Assembly: GCA_964016885.1 (NCBI GenBank)
Contig: OZ024743.1
Coordinates: forward strand, 316,386,001-316,450,000
Length of the DNA stretch: 64,000 bases
Origin: Eledone cirrhosa
Lineage: Eukaryota
Reading direction: 5' to 3'
Shown here in pieces: positions 51,589 through 64,000 of the stretch; the first letter of the stretch is position 1; every line of letters starts with the position of its first letter. Both the position numbers and the translations under genes were made by a program. The notes below the pieces were generated by a model, which worked only from the letters and a program-made list of their open reading frames with translations, had not been told where the DNA came from and made no database searches.

Positions 51589-52856
51589 CAGGGTGTCGAC
51601 GATATTTGTTCGCAAATTTCAACTGTTACTTTTATGCTAATTTTTTTTTACTTCCGTTGTCACTCTTGTCTTCATAAAAACAGTGACTATATTTCCATTA
51701 TTTATTTTCAGAATAATTGATTATGAATAATTTTGAACCTCCAAATTTGTGGAATCCGCGCCGGGAGGACAAATAAGGAAATTTCAGACTTTCTCAGCGT
51801 CAGCAGGAGAATGGTGGAAAAGGTCAGAAAGGAATTGGAAGATTCAGGATTCGACTACGAAGCAACATCAGAGAGGAAAACACATGATCGACGATCTGAC
51901 ACCTTCAGAACGCCCGAGTTCGTCGTTAAAGTTCAGGATATCATCAACAATGAACCGAGCAAGTCGACGCGTGTCATTGCAAGGGAGAAATGTGTGGATG
52001 AAAAGCTCATTAGGCTGGTGGTACATGAAGACATTCGCTACGTTTCATACAAGATGAGGAAAGGACAATTTCTGTCAAAGGCGATGCAAGAAAAGCGACT
52101 GAAGCACGCAAAGAAGCTGATCAACAAGATGAAACACGCACTGGAGCCAGACATGCTGTCGTTTTTATCCGAGAAAAACTTCTGCCAAGACCAGAAGATC
52201 AACTGCCAGAACAACAGGTGGCTCGCTGTCTCATCCAAAGACGTGCGCAGAGTCATGCAGACAAAGTTTCCAGTGACAACATTGGTCTTAGGTCTCGTCA
52301 GCAGTGGTGACATCGTGCCACCTCACTTCTTCCCTGAGGGCTTCAAGCTGAACACCGATGGCTACATCCGCGTTCTGAGCGAGGTAGTAAAGCCCTGGAT
52401 CGACCAGGTAGCTGCAGGTAGGCCGTACGTGTGGCAGAAAGACTCAGCGCCCTGCCATACCAACCGAAAGACCCAAGCCTGGCTGTCAGAGAACTTCGTC
52501 GACTACACTTCACCTGACATCTGGCCTCCCAGCTCGCCTGACTGCAACCCCCTCGACTTCTTTGTGTGAGGCGCAGTGGAACGAGACACCAACAGATCTA
52601 GCTGCAATAAGAAAGACGATCTGAAGACCAGGATCACAAGTGCCTTTAGGGGCCTAAGTCGTGGGACAGTGACGAAGGCCTGTAGCTGGTTCCGAGGCCG
52701 CCTTGAGGCCGTCATCAAAGCCAATGGCGGGTTTATCGAGTGAGATCGAAAGAACAACTCATGAAGACAAACTGACCCAAGTTTGATAAATATATCTTAA
52801 AAAATAAGACTACTGTATTATTTTTTCATAGACAGTAATATATCGTCCGCACCCTG
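51589..52856 (+). mobile_element. Full-length Tc1/mariner-superfamily transposon, DD37D (maT) type
   Basis: TIRs CAGGGTGTCGACGATAT / ATATCGTCCGCACCCTG, TA flanks and an internal transposase. Confidence 0.93.
51733..52743 (+). pseudogene. DD37D transposase with a premature TGA at 52567-52569 and a missing first catalytic Asp
   Basis: WQKDSAPCH ... WPPSSPDCNPLD has 37 residues between the two Asp. FLSEKNF replaces FSDEK. The frame resumes after the stop and runs to ANGGFIE*. Confidence 0.9.
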
Positions 52857-52861
52857 TATAT

Positions 52862-52979
<118 letters not shown>

Positions 52980-52982
52980 ATT

Positions 52983-53013
<31 letters not shown>

Positions 53014-53106
53014 ACACATATATATATGTGTATATATATATATATACACACACACATATATATATACATATATGTACACATATATATATATTATATATAT
53101 ATATAT

Positions 53107-53176
<70 letters not shown>

Positions 53177-53520
53177 GCAAAAGTTCTATTTAAATTGTTG
53201 GGATACAACAAGCAAATATTTTTATACCTGATATAAAGCGCTCGACAAATATTTGGAGTAGATATACGATATTAATAAATGGAAACTATATTTATAAAAC
53301 CATATTTATTTCATTATATATATTTCAAGGATACCAAGTTAAATTATGGTATGCCTTCATCAGACAAAATACAATATATAACAGTTTTTGTCTATTTATA
53401 AAACTGTTATATATTGTATTTTGTCTGATGAAGCCATACCATAATTTAACTTGGTATCCTTGAAATATATATAATGAAATAAATATGGTTTTATAAATAT
53501 AGTTTCCATTTATTAATATC

Positions 53521-53526
<6 letters not shown>
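53177..53526. mobile_element. Minimal foldback derivative of the 13602 element with two opposed HHR motifs
   Basis: Arms 53262-53388 and 53400-53526 are near-perfect reverse complements. Confidence 0.8.
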
Positions 53527-53583
<57 letters not shown>

Positions 53584-53586
<3 letters not shown>

Positions 53587-54386
53587 TAGCAGCAGTACCC
53601 AGCGTTGCCTGGGGAGATAAAATAATATCTGCTTTGATGAAAAGGTGTTGATCTTAGCGACTGCTTCTCGATGACTCATCTATGGCCACACACAGGCCAT
53701 GTGGGGAGGGTGGTGATGACCTCTATCACTGAGAAACGCGGGTGACTGACGAAGCGGCATGCTGGGGGATGGAGGTAATGACCTCTAACACTAAGCCAAT
53801 TTCCTCACGCTACTTGATTGGAAACCGATGAATTCTCAAATACACAACTAAAAGATCAGACGACATCAGTGGCCATCGTTTTGCCTTTGACCATCTATAA
53901 GATGTGCTGATCCTTATATTTAAGTATCAGCCGTACTTAGAGTGAGAAAAAAATTTCATTTTTTCCATTTATCGTTTTCGGTACGCCCGGTCGACTCGAT
54001 ATGCAAATTAGGTTGCTCAGCCGTTAATATGCATGAGGAAAGTATATACTTTCAAACGGTCAATCGACTGACAGGAAAGTATAAGGTGCTGATGACAGCT
54101 ATAAGCTAGAATCTAGTTCATCGTTCCTTTGTCAGTGTTGAACAAAAGGGCAACGATGGTTGCCGAACACTGTACGGCTTAATTGGAGCTGTTTGTTTAC
54201 AAACAAACTGAACATTATAATAAATGTTCGGTAAACCCATACGTACATATCTAGATATGTGTGCATATATGTATGTATATACATACTACTGTACGTCTGT
54301 ATACATATATGTATGTACGTATACATACTTATATTTAAGTATCAGCCGTACTAAGAGTGAGAAATGAAATTTCATTTTTTTTCTTC

Positions 54387-54390
<4 letters not shown>
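53584..54390 (+). mobile_element. Helentron/Helitron-like non-autonomous element containing the about 420-bp unit
   Basis: Starts TACTAGCAGCAGTACCCAGCGTTGCCTGGG. The unit boundary sequence is repeated at 53913 and 54328. Confidence 0.6.
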
Positions 54391-54441
<51 letters not shown>

Positions 54442-54521
54442 TTCAAAATCTTAATAAATATAGACATTCAACGTAATCAAAATATATTTTATTATATATA
54501 TTTCGGAGGTCTTACTTTTGG

Positions 54522-54557
<36 letters not shown>

Positions 54558-54615
54558 CGTTTCTGAATTTGTTTAGCAAGATTCTTTATCTGAAATCGTG
54601 ACCCTCCCAAAGTAT

Positions 54616-54654
<39 letters not shown>

Positions 54655-54741
54655 CATATATATATATACATACATATATATATATACATACATATATATA
54701 TATACATACATATATATATATACATACATATATATATATAT

Positions 54742-56360
54742 TACCGCATGTGACTTCAAGACCCGGCTATACCAACATAGACATACCTTCCGAAACCCGG
54801 CCCGGCGTCACGCCACTACACTTTCGGGCCACATATGGGACCTCAAGGACAACAACATCACCTATGATCTCACTTGGAGATTACTGTCCAGAGCCAATTC
54901 TTACACGGGAGGACGCCGTCCGTGCAATTTATGCTCGGAGGAAACTTTACAAATGCTGTTTTCGACGGACCAACTCCTAAACAAGAAAGATGAACTGGTT
55001 ACTGCATGTAAACATAGATTGCGTAGGACTTACCTCGCCCTCAAACCCCATAATGACCCGGGGGGGGTAGACTAGGGCTATAACACCCCACTTGCCGATT
55101 TTGCAATGGGTAACCCCTGCTTGCCAAGGGAGACGTAAGATCTTCTTTGTATTCTTTTATCGCTTCCTTGATTTCCTTCCCCCCCCCCTCTCTCCTTAGT
55201 CCTTCTACCCCAGCTCTTCTCCTTTGTCGGCGTCTTTTCTCGCCCACCCGAGGCTGCTCTTTGGCCCCTTGTAGCCTTAGTACCCCCACCCCCTCCCCTA
55301 GTCTATGATAGATTTGGCGGACTCCGCCTTTTATAGCAGTTGGTTTAGACCCCGGATACTTGTCCCCTTTTTCCGACCGCTCCCACTATTCTCTGTGCCC
55401 TCTATATTTCTTAGTGGCACTTATGCCTTATTTTTTCGTTTCAGTATTTCTTTCTTCGCTCTTCTTTTGGGCGGGGTGGATTCTGAATTTATTTTTCCGT
55501 ATTCTACCTTTACCTCGTACGAACTTTCATGTAGCTTGTTTTAGATCTTTTAGAGTTAGCATTAGTATATATTTTTCTCGAGACTCAGAATTATTATCTC
55601 GTACTAGTTCACTTTGCTGCATGGGTGGTTGCTGGCATTGTGCCCGGGATGGAAACCTTTATTGTTTATTTCGTGGTAGTCTCTTTAGTATTTTGGCCCC
55701 TTTTGTTGACCCGTCACCGTATCATTTACGTACTTATACCTCTTAAAGGGTCCTTGCCTATTCCGTCCCACCTAGTTCTTTTACTTATTTCGTTATTTCT
55801 TTATTTATTTCTTTACTTCTTTCTTTCTTTATTTATTTATTCTAGCCTAACAATAGCTAGAGACCTAGGTCGTAGATTTTACTTTACTTTTTTCTTTACA
55901 CTTATTTGCTTTTCTTCACTCTCAGTATTTTTTCTTTCCTATATATTTCTACCCCCCATTGTTCTACCTACCGTTCCGACTTCCTCCCCCTCCCCAGTAT
56001 CTTCTTTGACCTCATGCCCAGCTGTAGCTGGCACTACCAACGCTTGATTGGGTCTACTCCACCCCCTCCCCTCTTTCTCCTACTGGCAGGTTTAGCCACC
56101 ATCTCCCCTACTAATTTGCAACAACAGAATTACTACTGATTTTTGACAATCACTTTGACCATATATGGAATTACCCCTTGAGAAGATCGGCTATTTAAAT
56201 ACCAGGATAAATTTTCATTTAGTCCAGAATTAGCCGTCGAAACGGCTTGAGCTCAGCTGTCGGGGTCTTACTGGTTCCTAATACCCACTCTACTACCTCA
56301 AGTATTGAGTAATTTGGTGCGTTATGGTCCACCTGGTTCCTTACCACATTTCCTTCGTTA
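54742..56360 (+). mobile_element. PLE 3' fragment: GIY-YIG C-terminus, long 3' UTR and pLTR with HHR
   Basis: [51 protein letters not shown], with a stop near 55053. Confidence 0.85.
56173..56266 (+). ncRNA. Type-I hammerhead ribozyme variant with a U3:A8 core
   Basis: ACCCC-TTGAGAA-GATCGGCTA(long loop)TAGCCGTC-GAAA-CGGC(TTGAGCTCA)GCTG-TC^GGGGT. Confidence 0.75.
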
Positions 56361-56575
56361 CATACATATATATATACATACATATATATATATATAATAT
56401 ACATACATATATATATATATATATATACATACATATATATATATACATATATATATATACATACATATATATATATATATACATATATACATACATATAT
56501 ACATACATATATATATATACATATATACATACATATATATACATATATATAGGTTGCTATATATATGTGTGTAGT

Positions 56576-56787
56576 GAAGGCGTGTGGCTGAGTGGTTAGA
56601 GAATTGGATTCGCAATCGTGAGGTTGTGAGTTCGCTTCCTGAACCAGGCGATGCGTTATGTCCTTGAGCAAGACACTTTATTTCACGTTGCTCCTTCTAC
56701 CTGGAGTTGCGACCGATAGATAGTATTAGCAATTGGAAAGACCAACGGAAACATTGTTTCCTCGGTCCGATTTGACGAAAGTCGATC
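56576..56787 (+). mobile_element. tRNA-derived SINE (family 3)
   Basis: TGGCTGAGTGG A-box, GAGTTCGCTTCC B-box and GTCCTTGAGCAAGACACTT motif. Confidence 0.8.
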
Positions 56788-57049
56788 GTTCCTAAAATAT
56801 ATATGTGTGTGTGTATGCGTATGTGTATATGTATGTGTGTGTGTATAGCAGATTAATGGAACATGTACTATCAATCTTCAAACATTTGTGAAAAATATGT
56901 TTTCAGGATCTTATTTACTTCTTAAATGAACTACTTTGAAAAAGTTTTGAAATAATTTTTTTGCATGGATCTAAGGGAGGCAACTCTTGTGTGAAGAAAA
57001 TATTTTGTCGAATATATATATTTTTATGTAACCCAAGGAGGACCCTCAC

Positions 57050-57460
57050 ACAACATTCAGTGGCATCCTGTCAGCTGTCTGGCTGGTGTTGGTGTTGTAG
57101 CAGCCATCCTGTATGGGGTTTATTAAACAGGGGCTATAATCTATGAGACAATAGTCAAGGCAACAAATACAGACCACACCATAAGCCTCAAGCAATATGT
57201 CGGGCTCATGGAATGGCAGTTCAAACAGTGCTATAATAACCATACAGCGGTGTTGTGTTTCTGAGAAAAGAGGAACTCAACAAACACCTCCAGTTATGTC
57301 TGGAAACTGAAAAAGGATTCTATGGAACACAACATCAGCTGGAAGATTGCAGAACGATGCAGACCTCATATCAACAGAACCAAGAAATGCATACTCTGCA
57401 GTGTCAAAAGGTAGCTAGTATTGAAGAACACATTAGACCCCAACACCTGTCTTGATACTG
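57050..57460 (+). pseudogene. Old PLE GIY-YIG remnant
   Basis: QYVGL..FKQCYNNH..SYVWKLK..ISWKIAERC..KCILC across frames. Confidence 0.7.
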
Positions 57461-59084
57461 GAAGTAACATATATACATGGAAATATTCAATTTGGTGCTC
57501 AAACACACAGTTAACCCACTGGGAGTGAGAGACCCCTAGTACTTGTTACGGCTTCATTCTAGTAGAAGGGAAACTCTGATGTAAAACCTGCGACTCAATG
57601 GCAGCCAATGATGTTGACCTGTTCTTCTTTTTGGATACTTGTCACCATTGTTTAGAGAGTGAGATTGGTCCAATGCAAGGCCTTTCTTCACTTAAAAGAA
57701 GCTTCAAGCACAGGCATCACTTGAATTTACATGTGTGTTGCATGAGCATGGCTTTCTGTAGCTGCAAAAGAGCTTTTTCTTTCACTGCAGCATATACAGG
57801 TCTAAAAGATCATGTTCCTGCCACGTGTGTGAAAAAAAAGAATCAAGTGATGGCAATTCTTGAAAGTGAGATGGAGCCATCTTGTATGTATATATGTTAT
57901 AACAAACTGTTCTCACACAATGTACACAATGACTCTTTAGAGAGAGAGATGGATATATAAAGAGAGACCTTCTAGATATTCAGGTCTTTAGGTGGCTGTA
58001 TCAAACTGCTGTTATTGCTGGCTGTTGTTGCTCTTATTGTGCGGAAAAACATGCGATTCCATGAGGTTTTTTTTCCTATCTAGATTTGGTTATATTTTAT
58101 CTTGTTTGATCGGGGAACCAGATAAAATGCACCCAGTACACACTTTAAAGTAGCAGTTGTTGGTGACACTAAAATTCACCCATCCCATCTTGAGAGTAAG
58201 GGCACATTCCTTGGGTACCTTTAGCAGTGTCTATATTTTGTTACAAGTATTTGGGGCCATGTCTCTGGTTTGAAAATACTCTTTCTTCTCTCCCACATAT
58301 CTCAGAGACTCAGAAAAAGGTCATGGCCATTGTCCTTCCTGACTAAGCACACACACAAAAAGAATCTCACTCTTTTCTTTTTCATTAAAAAGATACATTT
58401 TGATTGGGTATAAGTACAAGCGTATGTGAAGGCACGTGGACTAGTGAGTTTGAATCCTGGACTCGGTTGTGTGTAGTGTTCTTGAGCAAAGCACTTCATT
58501 TCACATTGCTCTAGTATACTCAGCTGAAAATGATTGCCACCAGTAGTAGCTGGGGGTTTAAGCCTGCAGTGGACTAGCATCTTGACCAGGGGAAGTCATG
58601 TACCCTAGGTCGCTTCCACCCACAAAAACTGGAATAAGCACTAACCTGATGAGCCGCCAGTATGGCTAAAGAGTTTGCTTTGCAGCCACATAATTTCAGG
58701 TTCAGTCCCACTCTGTGGCACTTATTGCCTTGGGTTGCCCATTGCTTTGTGTGTGAAATTTGGTAGATGGGAACTGTGTGGAAGCCCATCATATGTGTGT
58801 GTGTGTCTATGTCTGTATTTATATTTACTGTTATTTATGTTCTGTAACTTAGTGGTTCAACAAAAAGAAATCAATAGAATAAGTACCAAACTTGAAAAAA
58901 TATGTACTTCGATCAATATGGTCAACTTAATCCCTTCAAGAGAGTGCTATTCCAGCATGGCCACAGTCAAATAACTGAAACCAGTAAGGGTGAATAAAAG
59001 AAAAGAATACTTTGAGAATCATCATCATCATTGTCTGGTTTAACATTTTCTTTACTCGTCACAAGCATTAGTTACCCACTTGAA

Positions 59085-59345
59085 CCTTACTTCTTGCATT
59101 GACATATATAGATTGCACAAGCTGAACAGCCTACTTATTCATACCAAGCTTCTTTGTTATCTATCTTACAACTTTATGGGCCAGTCTGTCAAATGCTTTT
59201 TCAAGGTCCACAAAAGCAAAGAAAAAATCCCTGGTTTTGCTGATGTATTTTTCGAGGAGCTGGCACTAGATGAAGATAGTATCTGCAGTACCACAGCCTG
59301 GTATAACCCCATACTGCATATTGTTCATGGAAATCTGACTACTGA
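59085..59345 (-). pseudogene. Old RTE RT fragment
   Basis: MQYGVIPG..T.DTIFI..FAFVDLEKAFDR on the minus strand. Confidence 0.75.
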
Positions 59346-60028
59346 TTATAATACTAGCCCCACTTTGGAATAACAAACATCAAGGTACAGTGAGTTAGTG
59401 TAGTGGTGGTGGTATTGATGGTGGTGGCAATAAGGGTTGTGGTGTGTATGTGTGTGTGTGGGGTGGGGGGTTATGGTGGGGTGGGGGTGACAGGGGTGAT
59501 GGTGATGGTTGTAGTGGTGATGGTGGTGGTGAAAGTCATGCATCTATCTTAGAAATAAATGAAAATCTAGCCAGATTTAATATTAGATTTAATGAAATTG
59601 TTGATCTTGCCAATGAGAAAAAGAGAGAAACCAATGCCAAAAACACAGATTGGCCATTGTTGCATCTCTAATATTGTGGACAACCACTTATGGGTAGTGG
59701 GGGAGAGTGAAGAAGAAGAGGTAGAGGGGAAAGAAGGGGAGATGAAGAAGGAAGGGGTAGAGAACAGAGATGAATGAAGATGAAGGAAGAGGAGGTGGGG
59801 AATGAAGGATGAGGCAGAAGAGGAGAAAGGAAATAAAGGTAAATGAAAAGAAGAAAGGGAATAAGGAATAGGGAAAAGGATGGAAAAGAAGAATGAAGAG
59901 GAGTGATTTGAAGAAGGTTGTGAATTTACACATACATTATGATAGTTGATTCTATATGTAGGTTGTTGAATTCCAGGTTGAACCTGATAGAACAAATCTA
60001 TGGCCAAAGACATTTGAACTGTGACAAT

Positions 60029-60131
60029 CCTGCTTTTGTGTAGAAGTCATAACACTTAACCCTGCTTTTGTGTAGAAGTCATAACACTTAACCCTGCTTT
60101 TGTGTAGAAGTCATAACACTTAACCCTGCTT
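60029..60131. repeat. 32-bp minisatellite, about 3.2 perfect copies
   Basis: Unit CCTGCTTTTGTGTAGAAGTCATAACACTTAAC. Confidence 0.95.
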
Positions 60132-60199
60132 AATATTAAATCCCTTTCCCCACAGAGATGCTCTATTAATCAATCCACATTGAAATCATTATCATATAT

Positions 60200-60540
60200 T
60201 TGTTGTTCCATGCTTGCATAGGTTGGAAGGGTCCTTTTCAATACAGCAGATCTCTATTTGTCATGTTCCTTTGTCATTTTCCCCACGAGCTTTAGCAAAC
60301 TGAGATCAACACTAACCACTTCCACCCATATCTTCCTTGGTCTTCCGCTATTGTGGCTTCCTTCCACTGGGATTACCTGGCACTTCTTTACCCAGTGATC
60401 ATCAGCTATCTACATCACATGTATATACCAATGCAGTCTTCTCCCACACACTACTTGTGATTCCTCTTATATGCAGTTTCTCCCTCAATTCATCCATACT
60501 TTGTTGTTTTTCGCACATTAACATTGCACATCCATATGTA
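60200..60540 (-). mobile_element. Old RTE LINE 3' fragment
   Basis: Resembles 28700-28995 (WMCNVNVR..ELREKL..WVKKCQ). Confidence 0.7.
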
Positions 60541-60974
60541 TACATAAACACCCCCACATATGTATATCATCATCTTTTAACAGCTGTTTTTTTTTTCTAC
60601 TCGCAAGGGTTGGATGGGTCATCACAGACCAAACGAGTACTTCCTCAGAGCTACTGATCTCTGAGATAGGCCAAGGGCTGCACCTTGCTTACATATGTTC
60701 TTACATTCTACAGCATGTACTGGCTGTGGTTTCGTGTGATACCTGCATTGGAAAGGTTGTGATGTCTTTGACACAACTAAAGAGTTCTCTTGACCCTTTG
60801 TTTGGTAGGTTTTCTACAGCTAGATTCCCTTCCTATCCCCAAGCATTTTACAGAGGATACTGGTTGTGTTTTAGTCTGGCGCCAAAACTAGGTAGGTTAT
60901 TGGTCATTGAATTGACTCAAGAGTCCTCTCTAGCCTATAGTGGGCATAGGGAAGGGCAGGGGTAATAGGATTGA

Positions 60975-61161
60975 ATAGTTGTTTCTACTTTTGGCACAAG
61001 ACCAGAAATTACTCAGTACATTACTGGTACTTTATTTTATCAACCTCGTAAGGATGAAAGGAAAAGTTAACCTTGCCAGGATTTGAACTCAGACTGTAAA
61101 GGGACGTAACTATGCTGGAAAGCATGGCGTCCCACCCCCTACCGATACTGCCAATTCACCG
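60975..61161 (-). mobile_element. SINE family 1
   Basis: Reverse complement of the 8033-8222 type. Confidence 0.85.
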
Positions 61162-61716
61162 AATAGTGGTAAGAAGAAGGATAGGTATGTCAGATGACAT
61201 GTGATGGGTGGGTGAGAAGTGTGGTGGAATTTGACTAAGTGATGAGAGAGAGGAGGGGTGAGGTTGTTCTGAAAGTGTGTGTGTGGGGGGGGGGGTACTC
61301 TTCAATATCTCATCATACATGGGTTAGTAGGCACAAAACACATTCTAGCTGTTGAAAGAGGTCAAGTGATCCCTTTATGTAAACTTATATTAGGGTGTTG
61401 GAGGAGAGAGATAGATAAATAAATAGACAAATGGGTAAGGAATAAAATGTAATAAAATATATATTAAAAAATATTAGAAAGGACATAAAGGTAAAATAGA
61501 GAAAATAGAAATAAAATAAAACCTATCGATGTCTGTCAACAACTACAACACCTGTGTTGTTGTAGCTGTTGTAGTTGTTAGCAGTCATAGCTAGCTTTTA
61601 TTTTATCTCTTTCTTGGTTAAAATGTCCAAGAAACGCTGATTTCATGCTTTTACTACCGTGTCTCAAGGCCTCCATCAAGAGTTGAGTGGGGGGGTGAAG
61701 GAAACCATACATACAA

Positions 61717-61751
<35 letters not shown>

Positions 61752-61884
61752 ATTAATATTGTCTAGGGTCCCGAAACCTTGGGTAATGGAGTAATATATT
61801 GTGTTGTTCATTTTCTAATTAAATAGCTCTATTCTATACATAGAGCACTCTTTTTTCCTTTGCTTTTTCTTCAAAATTACCTAA

Positions 61885-61960
<76 letters not shown>

Positions 61961-62739
61961 ATTATTCAGTTTCTGTTAGTGTAATCAATTAGTTTGATTA
62001 TTTAACAAGAATCTGAAGCCACTTACAGCAATGTTTTATTCAACAGTTGAATTATTTCATTTGGTAAATCCTGTGATAGGTCCACTATAGGATCCAAGTG
62101 TAACAATTTATGAAGTGTATATAGAAATTCACAAAATTATTATTTAAAATATTACTTTCCAGAAGAGTAGGAATAACATTTATTGCAATAAATTTTATTC
62201 TAATTCTTCTGAAATGTGATGTTTTAAATAATAATTTTGTAAATTTCTATATATACACATATCTATCATCATCATTTAATCTCCATTTTCTATGCTTGCA
62301 TGGATTAAATGGATTGTCGTGTTAAAAGACAAGTCAGGTCCAGAGACCACGTCGTGCTCATACAGATCTGTATTTTGGCTTAGTTTCTATAGCTGGATGC
62401 CATTCCTAAATGCCAACCACGTTACAGTGTGGGCTGGGTGCTTTTTGTTGTGTTACCAGCACAACCACCTTACAAAGTAGATTGGATGCTTTTTGTCGTG
62501 TCACCAGCATGACCACCTTACAGGATGGACTGGGTGCTTTTGTTGTGGCACCGGATCAGCATACCAGGTGAACTTCATGCTTCTTGTCATGGCAACGACA
62601 TTGTGGGAAATCAGATGTAGAGCATGTCTAGCTTTCGTGCTTGTATGTGTGGGTTGGGCAGGCAAGGTATCTCAGGGTTGGGGGTCTGGAGGGGGAAAGA
62701 TATTTCTATAAGAAATCTGTTGAAAATGTATCTAATCTT

Positions 62740-63200
62740 ATTTTTTCACAATGGAAGTAATGACATTAGGAAGACAAAAGTGTGCAGAGTGAATTGCATA
62801 CATTCCTGTGCATGTATGGTTTGGGGGGGAGCTTGCTGGATGTGTCAGTTACTGTCAGACAATCAGCATCTGGGATGCTGTACTACTTACTTATTCCATT
62901 ATCATTTCACCTGATTTTTCCAACAAATATATTGAGTTCCTGAATACCATGTTAACTGGAGATGAGATGTGGGCATGTAGGTGGGACTCAGAAAGCAATG
63001 CTCAGTCATCATTGTAGAAGCATGAATGAGCCATGGCTCAAACACACACATCAATTTCAGAGTAAAATCAAAGTGATGCTCACTGATTTCTTCAATTACT
63101 GAGGAACTGTGTATTATGAATCCGCACCAGATGGACAAACAGTTACAAAATAGTACTTCCACATCTTTGTGAAGTTGTTAGGTTCAAGAAACCAAATTTG
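62740..63200 (+). pseudogene. Highly decayed mariner transposase fragment
   Basis: LTGDEMW..WDSESNAQSS and KSKVMLTDFF resemble mariner TGDETW..YDPE.K.QS and KVML.VFF. Confidence 0.65.
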
Positions 63201-63536
63201 AGAGCCTTGCCGTCACCATTGTCATCATCATCATCATCATCATCATCATTTAATGTCTATTTTTCTTTGCTTGCATGGACATAGCTGATTCCTGGCAAAG
63301 AAAGGCATTTCTGTAATTTGTCAACCTCCTTAGTTTCCAGACACGAAAGAATGATATAAACCCCTGGCTTCAAACAGTATGTTTTGATATATTTTGTCAG
63401 TTCTTTTACCCACAGTAACTCTTTTGAATTGAAGTCTATTTATATTTCCCTCCTTCCAGTATTATTACTTGCATAACTTACCTCTACTGTCTGTTCCAGT
63501 TGGAAGATTTTTATCATTAATATTTGTTTATAGAAC

Positions 63537-63892
63537 AGTGGATTGGTAGAGCATCAGGCATGTTTTATGGTACATAGTTGTGTCCCTTAACGTTCTGAGT
63601 TCAAATCCCACCAAGGTTAACTTTGCCTTTCTTCCTTACAGGATCAATAAAAGAAAGTACCAGTAATGCACTGAAGGCAATTTAATCAACGTTCCCTTTC
63701 CTTTCAAATTGTTGGCCTTGTGCCTAAATCAGAAACCATTATTATTATGAGGCCCGTCAAGGTTAGCTTTGTCTTTTGTCCATACAGGATCAATAAAATA
63801 AAGTACCAGTAGTGCACTGGGTCGATTTAATCGATTTTCCCCTTCCCTTCAAATTGCTGGCCTTGTGCCTAAATCAGAAACCATTATTATTT
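63537..63892 (+). mobile_element. SINE family 1 copy plus a tandem 3' half
   Basis: The core and tail are repeated twice. Confidence 0.8.
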
Positions 63893-64000
63893 GTTTATGT
63901 AATGCTGCTTGAAGTACACTGTTTATTTACATGTCTTTATATTATTGTGTTGTCTCATATTCATCTTTGTGGGCTGTCATTCTACCGGATGTAATATTAT

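Noticed and set aside
55295-55350. Possible SECIS element in the PLE 3' UTR
   Set aside because: ATGA is present, but there is no properly spaced apical AA or GA quartet partner, and no in-frame UGA is visible in the retained ORF fragment.
56576-56650. tRNA gene calls for SINE heads
   Set aside because: A and B boxes are present, but the cloverleaf is broken and the sequence continues into SINE bodies.
60029-60131. 32-bp repeats of CRISPR-like length
   Set aside because: They are directly abutting copies with no spacers, so an ordinary minisatellite.

Overview
Repeat-saturated, AT-rich animal genomic DNA. The SINE and RTE content suggests an octopus or other cephalopod, but that is inference. 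No convincing host protein-coding gene is visible, and most long ORFs in the track are (TA)n/(CA)n artefacts. The window holds decayed RTE LINEs (one family has a PHD-type C4HC3 insert after the RT), two kinds of Penelope-like retroelements (PLEs), tRNA-derived SINEs, a DD37D maT/mariner transposon, several MITEs, Helentron-like elements, kb-scale TA microsatellites and a 200-N gap. The most notable signal is RNA-structural: about 19 type-I hammerhead ribozyme (HHR) motifs in about 7 unrelated sequence families, all found by eye and none tested. They include a near-perfect tandem array of 310-bp non-coding, heavily base-paired units with one hammerhead each (10175-11782), which looks like a retrozyme / circular RNA replicon, and a family with a compensatory U3:A8 core change.
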